A stretch of DNA of 64,000 bases from Acidimicrobiia bacterium (GTDB taxonomy: Bacteria; Actinomycetota; Acidimicrobiia; Spongiisociales; Spongiisociaceae). The stretch lies in the NCBI GenBank assembly GCA_041576165.1, contig JBFGLM010000023.1, positions 13,364 through 77,363 on the forward strand, written 5' to 3'. This document shows, piece after piece, positions 9,749 through 20,425 of the stretch. Every line of letters starts with the position of its first letter. Within the stretch, counting starts at the first letter, position 1. The notes below the pieces were generated by a model. That model ran no database searches. It was not told the origin of the DNA and saw only the letters and a list, made by a program, of their open reading frames with translations. The translations under genes were made by a program, and so were the position numbers.

Positions 9749-11470
9749 TCAGACGGCCCGGAGGATCGGGTACTCCAGGTCCCAGATCATCTCGTCGACT
9801 GCCGCCTCCATCGATTCGGGTTCGAGGCCGGGAGCCACACCCGAGGTGATCGCTTCCTGGGCAACGGCTACAGCGATGCGACGCGTAGTCGACCGCAGGT
9901 CTGTGAGTGGCGGGTAGAGGTAGCCCGAAGACAGGAGCCTCGGCTCCACCTGAGCCGCAAGTTCGGCGGCGGCTGTCGCAAACATGCCGTCTGTTACTGC
10001 TCGGGCGCCGGTAGCGATGGCTCCCAACCCGACGCCCGGGAAGATGTAAACGTTGTTGCATTGGTTGACCGCGACCTGGCGGCCCTGGAAGGTGACCGGG
10101 TCAAATGGGCTACCGATGGCCACAACGGCTCGACCGTTGGTGGATGCGATGATATCCCGGGGGGTTGCCTCACATTTGCTCGTAGGGTTGGAGAGCGCCA
10201 TCACCAGTGGTCGGGAGGCATGGTGAGCCAGTTTGCGAAGTACGGCATCTGTGAATAGTCCGTGCTGTCCGGTGGTGCCGATAAGCACAGTGGGGCGCAA
10301 TGCACTGACCGCTCCGACGAGGTCAGTCGCCTGATCAAGTCCCCACTGCTTCGCCTGTGCCGAAGAGCTCGCGGCGGGCCGTTTGTACGACTCGAGGTGT
10401 GACCGGTCGTCGGTGACCAAGCCGTGAGTATCGAACATGACGACGGAATCGTGTATGTCATCGGCTGAGCTGCCGGCCGCAGCCAGTTTGTGGCGGAGCA
10501 GCCGGCCGATGCCGACCCCGGCGGCTCCGGCACCGACAAGCATGAACCGATGATCGGTAAATTTGGTGTTTGTGGCCCGGCAGTACGAGGCAATTCCTGC
10601 CACGACCACAGCTGCGGTGCCCTGAATGTCGTCGTTGAATGACGGCAACGAGTCGCGATGTTTGTCCAGGAGACGAAAGGCATTGCCTTTCTTGAAGTCT
10701 TCCCATTGCAGGACTGCGTCAGGCCAGCGGCGCCGCAAGGCATCGACGAACTCGGCGACCAGTGATTGATATGGCTCGCCCCGGAGGCGGGGGTGGCGCC
10801 ATCCCACATACAGGTCATCGGCGAGTAGTTCCTCGTTGTCGGTTCCGACGTCGAGACTGATCGGAAGCGTGAAGGCCGGGTGTATCCCTGCGGCCAGCGT
10901 GTAGAGAGCCAACTTCCCGATTGGGATGACCATCCCGCCGGCTCCCTGATCTCCCAAGCCCAGGATCCGCTCGTTGTCGGTGGCGACTACTAGACGCACC
11001 TTCCTACCGCGGACGTGTCCGAGGACGTCGTAGATGCGTCCGCGATGATCGGGAGTTATCCACAAACCGCGGCCACGCCGGAAAACATGACTGAACCGGA
11101 CGGCAGCCAATCCGACTGTTGGTGTGTACACGACCGGCACCAGCTCTACCAGGTGCTCGAGCAATACCTGATAGAACAACGTTTCGTTGCGGTCCAGGAG
11201 CGACATCATCCCGATGTACTTCTCGAGCGGATTGTCACCCTTGGCCGTGATGTGTTCGTAGGCGCGACGCACCTGCAGGTGACGGGGGTTGACGACATTG
11301 GGCAATAACCCCTCTAGTTCGAACACGTTGCGTTCGGAGGCGGAAAAGGCCGTTCCCTTGTTCAGCAATGAGTCCTGGAGCAACGCAGATCCCCGTTTCC
11401 AAACGCCGTCCAACGCCCAGGTGCCATCCGGCATGCGTTCGAGCGCATACTCCATTGCTACTCCGTCCAT
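9749..11470 (-). CDS. maeA: NAD-dependent malic enzyme
   Basis: NKGTAFS, PVVYTPTVG, ILGLGDQG, FNDDIQGT, GAGAAGVGI, ALSNPT, NQCNNVYIFPG motifs. Confidence 0.93.
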   Translation of the reverse strand: MDGVAMEYALERMPDGTWALDGVWKRGSALLQDSLLNKGTAFSASERNVFELEGLLPNVVNPRHLQVRRAYEHITAKGDNPLEKYIGMMSLLDRNETLFYQVLLEHLVELVPVVYTPTVGLAAVRFSHVFRRGRGLWITPDHRGRIYDVLGHVRGRKVRLVVATDNERILGLGDQGAGGMVIPIGKLALYTLAAGIHPAFTLPISLDVGTDNEELLADDLYVGWRHPRLRGEPYQSLVAEFVDALRRRWPDAVLQWEDFKKGNAFRLLDKHRDSLPSFNDDIQGTAAVVVAGIASYCRATNTKFTDHRFMLVGAGAAGVGIGRLLRHKLAAAGSSADDIHDSVVMFDTHGLVTDDRSHLESYKRPAASSSAQAKQWGLDQATDLVGAVSALRPTVLIGTTGQHGLFTDAVLRKLAHHASRPLVMALSNPTSKCEATPRDIIASTNGRAVVAIGSPFDPVTFQGRQVAVNQCNNVYIFPGVGLGAIATGARAVTDGMFATAAAELAAQVEPRLLSSGYLYPPLTDLRSTTRRIAVAVAQEAITSGVAPGLEPESMEAAVDEMIWDLEYPILRAV

Positions 11471-11704
11471 ATCTGCACTTTGATCAAGCTCCGATCAGGC
11501 CTCCACCGGGTAGAGGCGAAAGATGGGATTAGGAGGTTCGTCCGCACCCAGCCATCCTGCTTCACGCTGGCTGTCTTTCGACATCAAATGGCCACCTGGC
11601 CTGCCGGAGCTTCCGGGGGCGTCAGACGACGCCTTCCCATGCGAGGCTGATGGGGACATGGGAAACCGACACCGAGTGTCCGCGCCAGCTGAGTTGCATT
11701 CGAG

Positions 11705-14176
11705 ATGACCCGGCCACGTAGCGCCCTCGATCCGGTTCTCCCTACCCGTGCCCGGGTCGTCATCGTCGGCGGAGGGGTGATCGGATGCAGCGTCGCATAT
11801 CACCTCGCTCACCTTGGTTGGACCGATGTGCTGCTCGTGGAACGCGACCGGCTGACATCCGGGACAACGTGGCATGCCGCCGGGCTGGTGGTGACATTCG
11901 GCTCGCTATCGGAAACCTCCACCCAGATGCGCCGCTACACCCGCGACCTCTACAGCAGACTCGAGGTCGAGACGGGTCTGTCTACCGGTTTCAAGCCCGT
12001 GGGCTTTGTCGAACTGGCGACTGAGCCGGATCGGCTCGAGGAGTACCGCCGGGTGGCCGCCTTCAACCGTCACTGTGGGGTAGACGTATACGAGATTTCG
12101 GCAACCGAAGTGGCCGATTTGTTTCCGCTGGTACGCAGCGCCGATGTGCTCGCCGGCTTCTATGTTCCCGGCGACGGCCGGGCCAATCCTGCCGATGTCA
12201 CTATGTCGCTGGCGGCCGGGGCGAGACGGTTGGGCGTTCGCATCGTGGAAGGCGTCGCAGTCACCGACTTCCTCGGAAACGGAGGCGCCGTCAGCGGCGT
12301 CCGTACGGCGTACGGGGACGTCGAGGCTGAGTACGTCGTGAACTGCGCCGGCATGTGGGCCCGACAGCTCGGCGAGCGGGCCGGCGTCACGATTCCGCTG
12401 CAAGCGGCCGAGCACTATTACCTGCTCACCGAGCAAATCCCCGGGGTGGATTCTTCGTGGCCGGTCATCGAGGACCCGGCCTCCTACGGGTACTACCGAG
12501 AGGAAGTGGGCGGACTGCTCATCGGGCTGTTCGAACCCGTCTGTGCCCCGTGGCAGGTCGACGGCATCCCCGACGACGTCAGTTTCGTCGAATTGCCCCC
12601 CGACTGGGATCGGATGGCCCCGTACCTGGAAAAGGCCATGCAGCGGGTTCCCGTGTCGCTCGAGACCGGGGTGCGTAAGTTCTTCTGTGGTCCGGAGAGT
12701 TTCACGCCCGACCTGCAGCCGGTGGTCGGCGAGGCCCCCGAGCTGCGGAACTACTTCGTTGCCGCCGGTCTCAACTCGATCGGCATCATCACCGGCGGCG
12801 GTATCGGCCGGCTGGTGGCGCGCTGGATTGTGGAAGGGCGCCCCGACATGGATGTCACCGGATTCAACATCGACCGTCTCGAGCCGTACCAGGCAGCACC
12901 CGAGTATCGCCGGGCCCGGACCGTGGAGGCGCTGGGGATGGTGTACCAGTGCCATTACCCCACCCGGTCGATGCAAACAGCTCGCGGCATGCGGCTGTCG
13001 CCCGTCCATCAGCGGCTGGTCGAGCGGAGCGCGTATTTCCGGGACGTGAGCGGCTGGGAGGCCGCCGACTGGTACGCCCCGCCCGGCGAAAAGCCCCGGG
13101 TGGAGCGTCTGTCCTGGGGGAGGGAGAACTGGTTCCCATGGTGGCAAGCCGAGCATGAGGCAGCCCGCAACGGGGTGATCTTGATGGACATGTCGTTCAT
13201 GGCGAAGTTCCGAGTCGAGGGTCCCGACGCCGGACATCTACTCGAGCGGGTTTCCGCCAACCGAGTTGATGGCGAGCCGGAGCGAATCACCTATACACAG
13301 TGGCTGAACGAGGCCGGAACCATCGAGGCCGACCTGACGGTCAGCAAGCTGGCCGCCGACCGGTTCTGGGTGGTCGCCACCGACACGGCCCGCCGCCACG
13401 TGGAAGCCTGGTTGCGCCGCCACCGGGAAGACATGCATGTGGTAGTCACCGACGCCACTTCCGGCTACGCCCAGCTCAATGTGCAAGGGCCTCGATCACG
13501 CGAAGTGGTGCAAGCGGTGACCAACGCCGACCTCTCCGATGCCGTCTTCCCGTTCCGGACCGCGCGAGAAGTCGAAGTCGGCTCCGCCCAGGTGCTCTGC
13601 ACCCGGATCACCTATGTAGGCGAGTTGGGATACGAGCTGTACGTTCCGGTGGAGCACTCGATAGACGTGTACGACCGCCTGGTGACGGCGGGGGAGAGCG
13701 TGGGTTTGCGCCACGCCGGCCTCAAGGCGCTGGCCAGCCTCCGGATGGAAAAGGGCTACCGCGACTACGGGCACGACATTGACAACACCGACAACCTGCA
13801 CGAGGTGGGCCTCGACCGATTCGCTGATATCGACAAGCCCGGGGGCTTCATTGGTGGTGATGCGGTCGCTGCCCCAGCCCCGGGTCCACCCCACCGCCGC
13901 CTCGTGCAAGTCTTGCTCTCCGATCCCAACCCGCTGATGTTCCACGCTGAGGTCGTTCACCGCGATGGGGCGGCCGTGGGATATATCCGCGCAGCGTCCT
14001 ATGGATTCACTCTGGGCGGGGCGGTGGGCCTGGCAATGGTCGAGGCCACTGAGCCGATCACTCAGGACTGGCTCGACGCCGGCCAATGGGAGGTGGATGT
14101 CGCCGGTGAGCGCTTCCCGGCGGTGGCATGCCTCCGACCCCTCTATGACCCCACCATGGACCGGGTGCGCGGCTGA
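11705..14176 (+). CDS. FAD-dependent GcvT-family dehydrogenase (dimethylglycine/sarcosine dehydrogenase-like)
   Basis: GGGVIG FAD motif, SGTTWHAAG covalent-FAD His motif, GPESFTPD, and C-terminal THF-binding GcvT domain (ITYVGELGYEL, LRMEKGY). Confidence 0.92.
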   Translation: MTRPRSALDPVLPTRARVVIVGGGVIGCSVAYHLAHLGWTDVLLVERDRLTSGTTWHAAGLVVTFGSLSETSTQMRRYTRDLYSRLEVETGLSTGFKPVGFVELATEPDRLEEYRRVAAFNRHCGVDVYEISATEVADLFPLVRSADVLAGFYVPGDGRANPADVTMSLAAGARRLGVRIVEGVAVTDFLGNGGAVSGVRTAYGDVEAEYVVNCAGMWARQLGERAGVTIPLQAAEHYYLLTEQIPGVDSSWPVIEDPASYGYYREEVGGLLIGLFEPVCAPWQVDGIPDDVSFVELPPDWDRMAPYLEKAMQRVPVSLETGVRKFFCGPESFTPDLQPVVGEAPELRNYFVAAGLNSIGIITGGGIGRLVARWIVEGRPDMDVTGFNIDRLEPYQAAPEYRRARTVEALGMVYQCHYPTRSMQTARGMRLSPVHQRLVERSAYFRDVSGWEAADWYAPPGEKPRVERLSWGRENWFPWWQAEHEAARNGVILMDMSFMAKFRVEGPDAGHLLERVSANRVDGEPERITYTQWLNEAGTIEADLTVSKLAADRFWVVATDTARRHVEAWLRRHREDMHVVVTDATSGYAQLNVQGPRSREVVQAVTNADLSDAVFPFRTAREVEVGSAQVLCTRITYVGELGYELYVPVEHSIDVYDRLVTAGESVGLRHAGLKALASLRMEKGYRDYGHDIDNTDNLHEVGLDRFADIDKPGGFIGGDAVAAPAPGPPHRRLVQVLLSDPNPLMFHAEVVHRDGAAVGYIRAASYGFTLGGAVGLAMVEATEPITQDWLDAGQWEVDVAGERFPAVACLRPLYDPTMDRVRG

Positions 14177-14428
14177 CACGTCACCCGAGGCTGGCACCAA
14201 CCGGCTGGTCCCGGTGCCACGCCTGCGGGAGGAAGCTGGAACGGTTCGGCACGCGGGTGGCCACGAAAGAGCGCAACCTTGTCGTCGACGCTCTGAAGGC
14301 TTGCTTCGAGGAGTGAAAGCAGGGACCCGAAGCTCGGGCGGGACCGCCTCCGGGACTGTCGTCGTTACCGCTCGGCTGAAATCGGCGGTGGTGTCTCACG
14401 ACACGATGAGCCGTCGCCTAGGTCGGGC

Positions 14429-15424
14429 TCAGGCGCCCCTGGCCGCCAGCCAGTAGCCGCCAATGCGAGCGACGAATGCGTCAGGTTTCTCGACATACAG
14501 TGCCCGCCCCAGGTTCCTCGCATGCCACTGACGCTCGAGCCGCGCGCGGCGGATCAGTGACAACAGCAACGTCCGTTCCCGCTGGTTCGCAGTTGCGATC
14601 TGGTCGTGTTGCACGATGTTCTCCAGCAGCGCCAGGTCATGCTCCAGGCCCAGGACCTCGCCTAGCTCGTCGAGCCGGGCCGCCTGGGCTTTGAGCAGCG
14701 CCGGCCACAACGGCTGGAGGGCGTCCACCTGGTAGTGGAGATACTTGACCCGTTTGCGCCACTCGTGGAACGCGTCGGGCGAGCCGGCTAGATACGCAAT
14801 GCGCATCCCTCGACGTCCCCGCCGGTACACGCGAAGGAGCCCGCGAGAGACGGCTGAGAACTCATCGACCAGGCCGGCCGCACCGAGTACCGACGTGGGC
14901 GGGTTCGTTGTGCGCGCGTCCCAGGCGGCAAAACGAGCGCGGGCCGTCTTGATCGTGACCGTCACGTCCATGATCAGCGCCCGGTCCGCCAGGACAGCCC
15001 GACGGGCTTGGTCATGGGTCATGACCAGGTGGTTCCGGGTTCTCGTGAAGGCGTCCGGGGACAGCAGAGCCCGGTACTCGCCGCGAAGCTGGTCGAGTGT
15101 GCGAACCAGGACGAAGCCGTCGCGGACCGGAGCGAGCTTCCGTCCGGTGTCACGAAGTACGACGTTCTCGGAGCGGTAGGCGGCGTAGCCAACCTCGTCC
15201 CGGACCAGCCGGATCAGACCGCGCAGTCGCTTCAGCGTCTTGCGTACGGTGTGCACGGACGTGTCGGGGTCCTGCTCGACCGTCCGCAGCGCTTGCTCGA
15301 TGCGCGCGAATTGGCCGAGGACGGCTGCTTGAAATGAATCGGGGAAGGGTTGCAGCAGTTCGATGTGCGCCTGCACGGCTTCGTGACCGGTACTCATCGC
15401 TGAAGCATCGACCACGTCCATCAA
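14429..15424 (-). CDS. CHAD domain protein (polyphosphate-binding family)
   Basis: VHTVRKTLKRLR and FHEWRKRVKYLHY...LGLEHDL motifs. Start may be ATG 15397. Confidence 0.85.
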   Translation of the reverse strand: MMDVVDASAMSTGHEAVQAHIELLQPFPDSFQAAVLGQFARIEQALRTVEQDPDTSVHTVRKTLKRLRGLIRLVRDEVGYAAYRSENVVLRDTGRKLAPVRDGFVLVRTLDQLRGEYRALLSPDAFTRTRNHLVMTHDQARRAVLADRALIMDVTVTIKTARARFAAWDARTTNPPTSVLGAAGLVDEFSAVSRGLLRVYRRGRRGMRIAYLAGSPDAFHEWRKRVKYLHYQVDALQPLWPALLKAQAARLDELGEVLGLEHDLALLENIVQHDQIATANQRERTLLLSLIRRARLERQWHARNLGRALYVEKPDAFVARIGGYWLAARGA

Positions 15425-15583
15425 CTGAATGTATCAGGACCGCGACGCTGTCCCGCCGGTATCTCGCGCAGTCCGCGATCGCGCCCTGCCGGGCTGAGGC
15501 GTGCCGGGCCGTCATGTGTATTTCGGCACTATTGCCGGGGCGCCCGGAGGTGGACAATCCGCGCGAGTTGCAGGAGAGTTGCT

Positions 15584-17383
15584 GTGATCCGCGGACATGC
15601 GGTTGCGGTTGTGATCCTGTTGATGGTTGCAGCGTGTGCTGGACCCCAGGAGGGTCCGATCGCGAGCGTCGTGACAACCACGTCGTCGACTATGGCGGCG
15701 CGCCCCGGTGCGTCATCTACTACTTCCGTTACCCGGCCGGCGTCCATATCAACGACCGCGCCGCCGCGTGCGGCACCCGTCCATCTGACGTACGGCTGGG
15801 ATGGGGTGACCCGATTCCAGGCCGGCACCTCCGAACTGCTCGTGGTTGAACCGGTTTCCTGGGCGGAACAGGACGGGGCAGGCGGGATCGTGTTTCGGTC
15901 AGCGACGGACGAGCCAGGTTGGGCGTGGCTCGGCGCCGACGCCCAGCGGCCTCGCAGCCTGGACCTGGGTGACGGCGGCCGGAAGGAGATCCTCCTGGTC
16001 TTTGGGTTGGAAGGTCGTCCATCGGCGCTGGTGTCGAGGAACCCCGACGGTGCCTCCCGGTGTGACCCGAGCGATTTTGCCGAGGAGCTGACGATTCTCG
16101 ATCTCGCGACGGGTGACGAACAGTCCTTCGTGTGCCGCGAAGAAGGCGGCGATGGGGGCGAGCTTCTCACTTCCTTCGGCGGGGGTCTCTTCGCGGCTGT
16201 CAGCTGGGTCGCGGTCGGCGCAGGCGGCACAGACCAGCTCCTGGCGTTCTACGACATCAATGGTGAACAGGTAGTCCTCGACCACAACCCGTTTGCAGAG
16301 TCGTGTGCACCATGTCGACTGTCCGTGAAACTGTCGCCCGACGGGACATCAATGGCTTATGCCTTGTGGCCCACCGCCTATTGGGAGCAGCCATTGCCGG
16401 CCGGCCGCGACCACAGGGCGGCATTCGAAGAGTGGTACGAAGACCAGCGGGACCTCGAGACCGAAGTGGCGGTCATCGATCTGGCGAGCGGCCTCGACTT
16501 GTTCCGGACCCGAGTTGCCGCCAATTCCCAGCTCGATGCGTTCGACGGACGATTCTTGACAGTGTCCGGCGAGGCCGGCCGGAAGATCCTCGATGTCGCC
16601 ACAGGGCGCGTGACCGCAGCCCCGCCCCTCGAGACAGGTGCCGGCGGGTTTTGGACCGTGGTGCTGGCCTCACTCGACAACTCCGCGATGGGATATGACG
16701 CCGCTCAGGACGCCGCGAGCGGCTATGCAGACCGGCTCAACGTGATGACGGGTGTTCTGTGGTCAGATGGTCTACTGACCTTGAATCCTGGCTACTGGGC
16801 GGTGTTCACCGGTCACTTCTCGGATCGGAAAGCTGCCGCGGGCTTCTGCAACGCTCTGGCTACGGATTGTTATGTGCGGTATGTGGCCGCAGTCGCTACC
16901 GGCAATGCGGACCTGGCCCGGAGCATGCTCATGCTCGAGCCGGAGGGTTTGGGACTCGTTCGCTTCGGACAAGCTGAAGACGAAGTCCTCGCGGTGATGG
17001 AGCGATTGATGGGGTCGCCGCCGAGCGATCCTGGTGAGCAGGCCGATTGGGTCGAGTACATGGGCTGGGAGACCTTCGGCCTGTTCCTTGGTTTCAGCCG
17101 GCCAATGTGGACGGAATTCGATGGTGTTGCTCGATTCGTTGGCTGGCAATACGACGGTGGAAGCGCCGATTCTGACCTTCGTACGGCCGCCGGCGTCGGG
17201 GTGGGCGCCACAGCGGAAGAGTTGAAAACGGTCTATGGCCCTGAGCTGGAATTGGCCCAGGAGCCGGACGAATGTCGCGGCTGGGCGGTGCAACTGATCG
17301 ATGATGACGTCGGCATCGTGGTGTTGCTCGACGGTGCACAGGTCGTGCGGGCCATCGAGGCCGGCATCGGCGTCGGTTGCTAG
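15584..17383 (+). CDS. Modular lipoprotein with Ser/Thr linker and SPOR-like domain
   Basis: Lipobox VAAC, T/S-rich linker, and WTVVLASL...LNPGYWAVFTGHF...C..CYVR segment. Confidence 0.65.
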   Translation: MIRGHAVAVVILLMVAACAGPQEGPIASVVTTTSSTMAARPGASSTTSVTRPASISTTAPPRAAPVHLTYGWDGVTRFQAGTSELLVVEPVSWAEQDGAGGIVFRSATDEPGWAWLGADAQRPRSLDLGDGGRKEILLVFGLEGRPSALVSRNPDGASRCDPSDFAEELTILDLATGDEQSFVCREEGGDGGELLTSFGGGLFAAVSWVAVGAGGTDQLLAFYDINGEQVVLDHNPFAESCAPCRLSVKLSPDGTSMAYALWPTAYWEQPLPAGRDHRAAFEEWYEDQRDLETEVAVIDLASGLDLFRTRVAANSQLDAFDGRFLTVSGEAGRKILDVATGRVTAAPPLETGAGGFWTVVLASLDNSAMGYDAAQDAASGYADRLNVMTGVLWSDGLLTLNPGYWAVFTGHFSDRKAAAGFCNALATDCYVRYVAAVATGNADLARSMLMLEPEGLGLVRFGQAEDEVLAVMERLMGSPPSDPGEQADWVEYMGWETFGLFLGFSRPMWTEFDGVARFVGWQYDGGSADSDLRTAAGVGVGATAEELKTVYGPELELAQEPDECRGWAVQLIDDDVGIVVLLDGAQVVRAIEAGIGVGC

Positions 17384-17400
17384 TCAGATGTCAGGATCGC

Positions 17401-18489
17401 TCAGGCGCCCACCAGCTCGGCCGGTTTCCCGAGATTGTCGGCCTTGATTGCGTTCCGCTCGCCCATCGGTTCCGGCGGACCGGTAGTCGTATCCACCCCG
17501 GTCTGAGCTTCGAGCTCGGCGTCGAGTTCAGCGCCCAGCAAAACGATCAACGCCGACACGAACATCCAGAGGAGGAGCACGATCACTCCGCCCAGTGCGC
17601 CGTACGTCTCGTTGTAGCTCCCGAAATTGGAAACGTAGAAGTTGAGTAGCACCGAGGCGGCGAGCCAGACGATGGTCGCGGCGGCCGCGCCCCACGTCAG
17701 CCACCGCCACTTCGCCGGGTCGCGATTTGGTCCGAAGCGATAGAACGTTGCCAGGGCAACCATGAGGGCGATGCCCAGCACGGGCCAGCGCAGCCATGAT
17801 GCGGCTGTGATGAGTCCAGATGAGACGCCCAAGGCTCCCAGCAACACGGGCAGAGCTGTGATGACGAAGATGGCGGCGACCACGAAGAGGATCAATCCCA
17901 CAGTGAGCGCAAGGCTGATCATGCGCAGCTGCACGAAGCCTCGCGTCTCTGTCTCGTCGTAGGCCAAGTTGATGGCCTTGATCAACGCGGCGACACCCGA
18001 CGACACGCTCCAGAACGTGGCAGCCAGTGAAACAGCGAAGCTGAGTCCGAGCGCGGCGTTGGAGGATTCTACGATCGCGGCGAGCTGGGAGTTGATCAGG
18101 TCAGCTGCGGAGCCGGGGAGAATCGCGGTCAGATCGGCGACTTGGGCTTGTGCGGTTGCGGCGTCGGCTACCAAGCCGTATAGGGACACAACGGCGATCA
18201 GCGCGGGAAAGAGAGCCAGCACGCCGTAATAGGTCATGGCGGCAGCCACCATCGTCAAGTTGTCGTCCTTCATTTCGGCTGCGACTCGTGCCAAAACGTC
18301 CTTCCAGCCCCGGGGAGGGATGGCAGCGGGTCGAGACGCGGAGCGCCCTCGATGGCCGTCGGAAAGCCTGACCGGCCGATGCCCCCCCGTGCCGCCATCT
18401 GTGCTGTGGTTCTGGTCCCGGGCCATGACTGCCCGGGTGGCAGCGACCAGCACCGCGAGCTTGGTCGTGAGGTCGATGATTCGTCGCAT
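17401..18489 (-). CDS. YihY/virulence factor BrkB family membrane protein
   Basis: AAAMTYYGVLALFP, INLAYDE.ETR, YNETYGALGGVIVLLLW, GAELDAELE motifs. Start moved to ATG 18489. Confidence 0.9.
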   Translation of the reverse strand: MRRIIDLTTKLAVLVAATRAVMARDQNHSTDGGTGGHRPVRLSDGHRGRSASRPAAIPPRGWKDVLARVAAEMKDDNLTMVAAAMTYYGVLALFPALIAVVSLYGLVADAATAQAQVADLTAILPGSAADLINSQLAAIVESSNAALGLSFAVSLAATFWSVSSGVAALIKAINLAYDETETRGFVQLRMISLALTVGLILFVVAAIFVITALPVLLGALGVSSGLITAASWLRWPVLGIALMVALATFYRFGPNRDPAKWRWLTWGAAAATIVWLAASVLLNFYVSNFGSYNETYGALGGVIVLLLWMFVSALIVLLGAELDAELEAQTGVDTTTGPPEPMGERNAIKADNLGKPAELVGA

Positions 18490-18660
18490 GCCGGATCTGT
18501 ACCCGACACGGGTGGACTTCACACATGTCGCAGGTCGATTGAAATCCTTCGAGTCAGGATTCGCCGTGCGTGACTGCGGACTCGGCGCGAGCACCCATCC
18601 AGTCGAAACCCGTCGCGAGCCTGAACCCTGGCCGGTCTAGGCACGCCGCGCTGATGGCCC

Positions 18661-19224
18661 TCAGGCCGCGGTTGTCACTGCCCGCCAGGTGGCGTCGACG
18701 AGTGCATCGAGCTCTTCGTCCGACAGCTCAATGCCGGCCGAAACCAATCTCACAGCAGTGCCGAGCGACAGTAGATAGATGGCCTCGAGCGGCAAGTCCA
18801 CCAGCATTGCTGCCACATCCGGCCGGTTCGCCTCTTCGAGCAGCCGATCACCCTGCTCGAGCAGGAGCTCGCGGGCTCTGTCCGCAAAGGGCGAGTCCTC
18901 CAGCTGGGTGAGAAACCTCGCTCGGGCCGGTTCCCGGCGCAGGTAGTCGTGGGTGGCCTTCCAGATCTGGCGGTAGCGGTCGGCGGGCTCGCTCGCCGGT
19001 TCGAGCTGCGCAACTACGTAGTCACCCAGGTCCTGCTTGATCTCCAGATACGTCGCGTAGACCAGCTGTTCCTTCGACTCGTAGTACACATATGCCGTGC
19101 CCGTGGCTACTCCGGCCGCCTGAGCGACCGCACTCATCGACGCCCCATGAAATCCCCGTTCCGCCACAAGGTCGCGCAGCGCCCGACGTATGGCCGCCGG
19201 GCGATCGACCGCCGTCGACGTCAT
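18661..19224 (-). CDS. TetR/AcrR family transcriptional regulator
   Basis: GFHGASMSAVAQAAGVATGTAYVYYESKEQL HTH; overlaps the SDR stop. Confidence 0.92.
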   Translation of the reverse strand: MTSTAVDRPAAIRRALRDLVAERGFHGASMSAVAQAAGVATGTAYVYYESKEQLVYATYLEIKQDLGDYVVAQLEPASEPADRYRQIWKATHDYLRREPARARFLTQLEDSPFADRARELLLEQGDRLLEEANRPDVAAMLVDLPLEAIYLLSLGTAVRLVSAGIELSDEELDALVDATWRAVTTAA

Positions 19225-20162
19225 GACTGCGACATGGCCGCGTCGAAGTCGAGTGCAACGCCCGTCATGCTCTCAGACACCGTCCAGAGATTGTCTATCG
19301 CTGTGTCGAGCCCGATCCGACGCAAGATCGGACGCCGTACCGGCGCACCGGTGTTGATGAAACGCGGCGCGTACATCTCCCCACCTGTGGCCGCAGGGTC
19401 CGTCGCCGCTCGCAGCTGAGGCAGGGCCCCCTCCGCCGGGGACATTCCGGTCCGGCTGGCCATGGCCAGCGAAATACGGCCGATCAGCCCGCCGCCTCCT
19501 TGATCCATCATGTGGGTCTGGAGGCCGCTGTTGGTCAGGCCCGGATGCGCCACCAGGCTCTGGGCCGCCAGCCCACGTTTTTCGAATTCACGCTGCAGTC
19601 CCAGCGCAAAGTGATAGTTCGCCAGCTTCGACTGGTAGTAGCCCCTCCACGGCGTGTAGTTGCCCTCGAGGTTGGGGTTGTCCGGGTCCACCGCCCGGCC
19701 GAAGTGGTGAGCCGTGCTGGTAACCGACACAACCCGGGCCGCGTCGGCCGCCAGCAGGGAGGGAAGCAAACCAGCGGTGAGCATCCAGTGGCCGAGATGG
19801 TTGACGCCGAACTGCAGCTCGAACCCATCTTCGGTACGGCGCTCGGGCATCGCCATCAGCCCCGCATTGTTCATCAGGATGTCGATCGCCGGATGCCGCT
19901 CGGCGATGGCGTCGGCCGCGGTGCGCACCGACTCCAACGACGCCAGGTCGAGCTCGACGATCTCGAGAGACGGGTCGGGGTGGGTGCTTGCGATCCTAGC
20001 CTGAGCGATCCTGGCCTTGTTCTGGTTCCGGGCCGCCATCACAACGTGGGCGCCGGCGCCCGCCATCGCCTTGGCAGACTCGAGTCCGAGGCCCCCGTTG
20101 GCTCCGGTAACCACTGCGACCTTGCCGCTGAGGTCGGGGATATCGGATACGTTCCAAGCCAT
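19221..20162 (-). CDS. Short-chain dehydrogenase/reductase (retinol dehydrogenase-like)
   Basis: TGANGGLG, NNAG, YYQSK, HPG motifs. Confidence 0.92.
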   Translation of the reverse strand: MAWNVSDIPDLSGKVAVVTGANGGLGLESAKAMAGAGAHVVMAARNQNKARIAQARIASTHPDPSLEIVELDLASLESVRTAADAIAERHPAIDILMNNAGLMAMPERRTEDGFELQFGVNHLGHWMLTAGLLPSLLAADAARVVSVTSTAHHFGRAVDPDNPNLEGNYTPWRGYYQSKLANYHFALGLQREFEKRGLAAQSLVAHPGLTNSGLQTHMMDQGGGGLIGRISLAMASRTGMSPAEGALPQLRAATDPAATGGEMYAPRFINTGAPVRRPILRRIGLDTAIDNLWTVSESMTGVALDFDAAMSQS

Positions 20163-20172
20163 CTGAGCTCTC

Positions 20173-20215
20173 CCGGAGTGAATGTTCGTTCATATTGAAT
20201 GAACATTCACTCCGG
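20173..20215. promoter_or_regulatory. 43-bp inverted repeat holding two TetR-type operators
   Basis: CCGGAGTGAATGTTCGTTCA-tat-TGAATGAACATTCACTCCGG: 20-bp arms with 1 mismatch, 10 bp upstream of the SDR start. Confidence 0.75.
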
Positions 20216-20425
20216 TGTCAAACCGGCTGGTCGCGTGATGCTTCTGGAGGCGACGATTTCAGCGCATGGAACGACGGTCTGGTTGCTGCGGGCCGCGAGA
20301 CCGCACCGTATCCTTCCTCCGAATCGGAATGCTGAATCTGGCGTCGGCCGACGAGAACGTGCGGATGGCAGCTCTTTGCGTCGCCCCGATTCAAGGCGGC
20401 AGCTCGGTTGGTCGATAACGAGCAC

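Noticed and set aside
11471-11704. Glycine or other riboswitch ahead of the GcvT-family gene
   Set aside because: No recognisable aptamer consensus by eye; an Rfam/Infernal scan would settle it.
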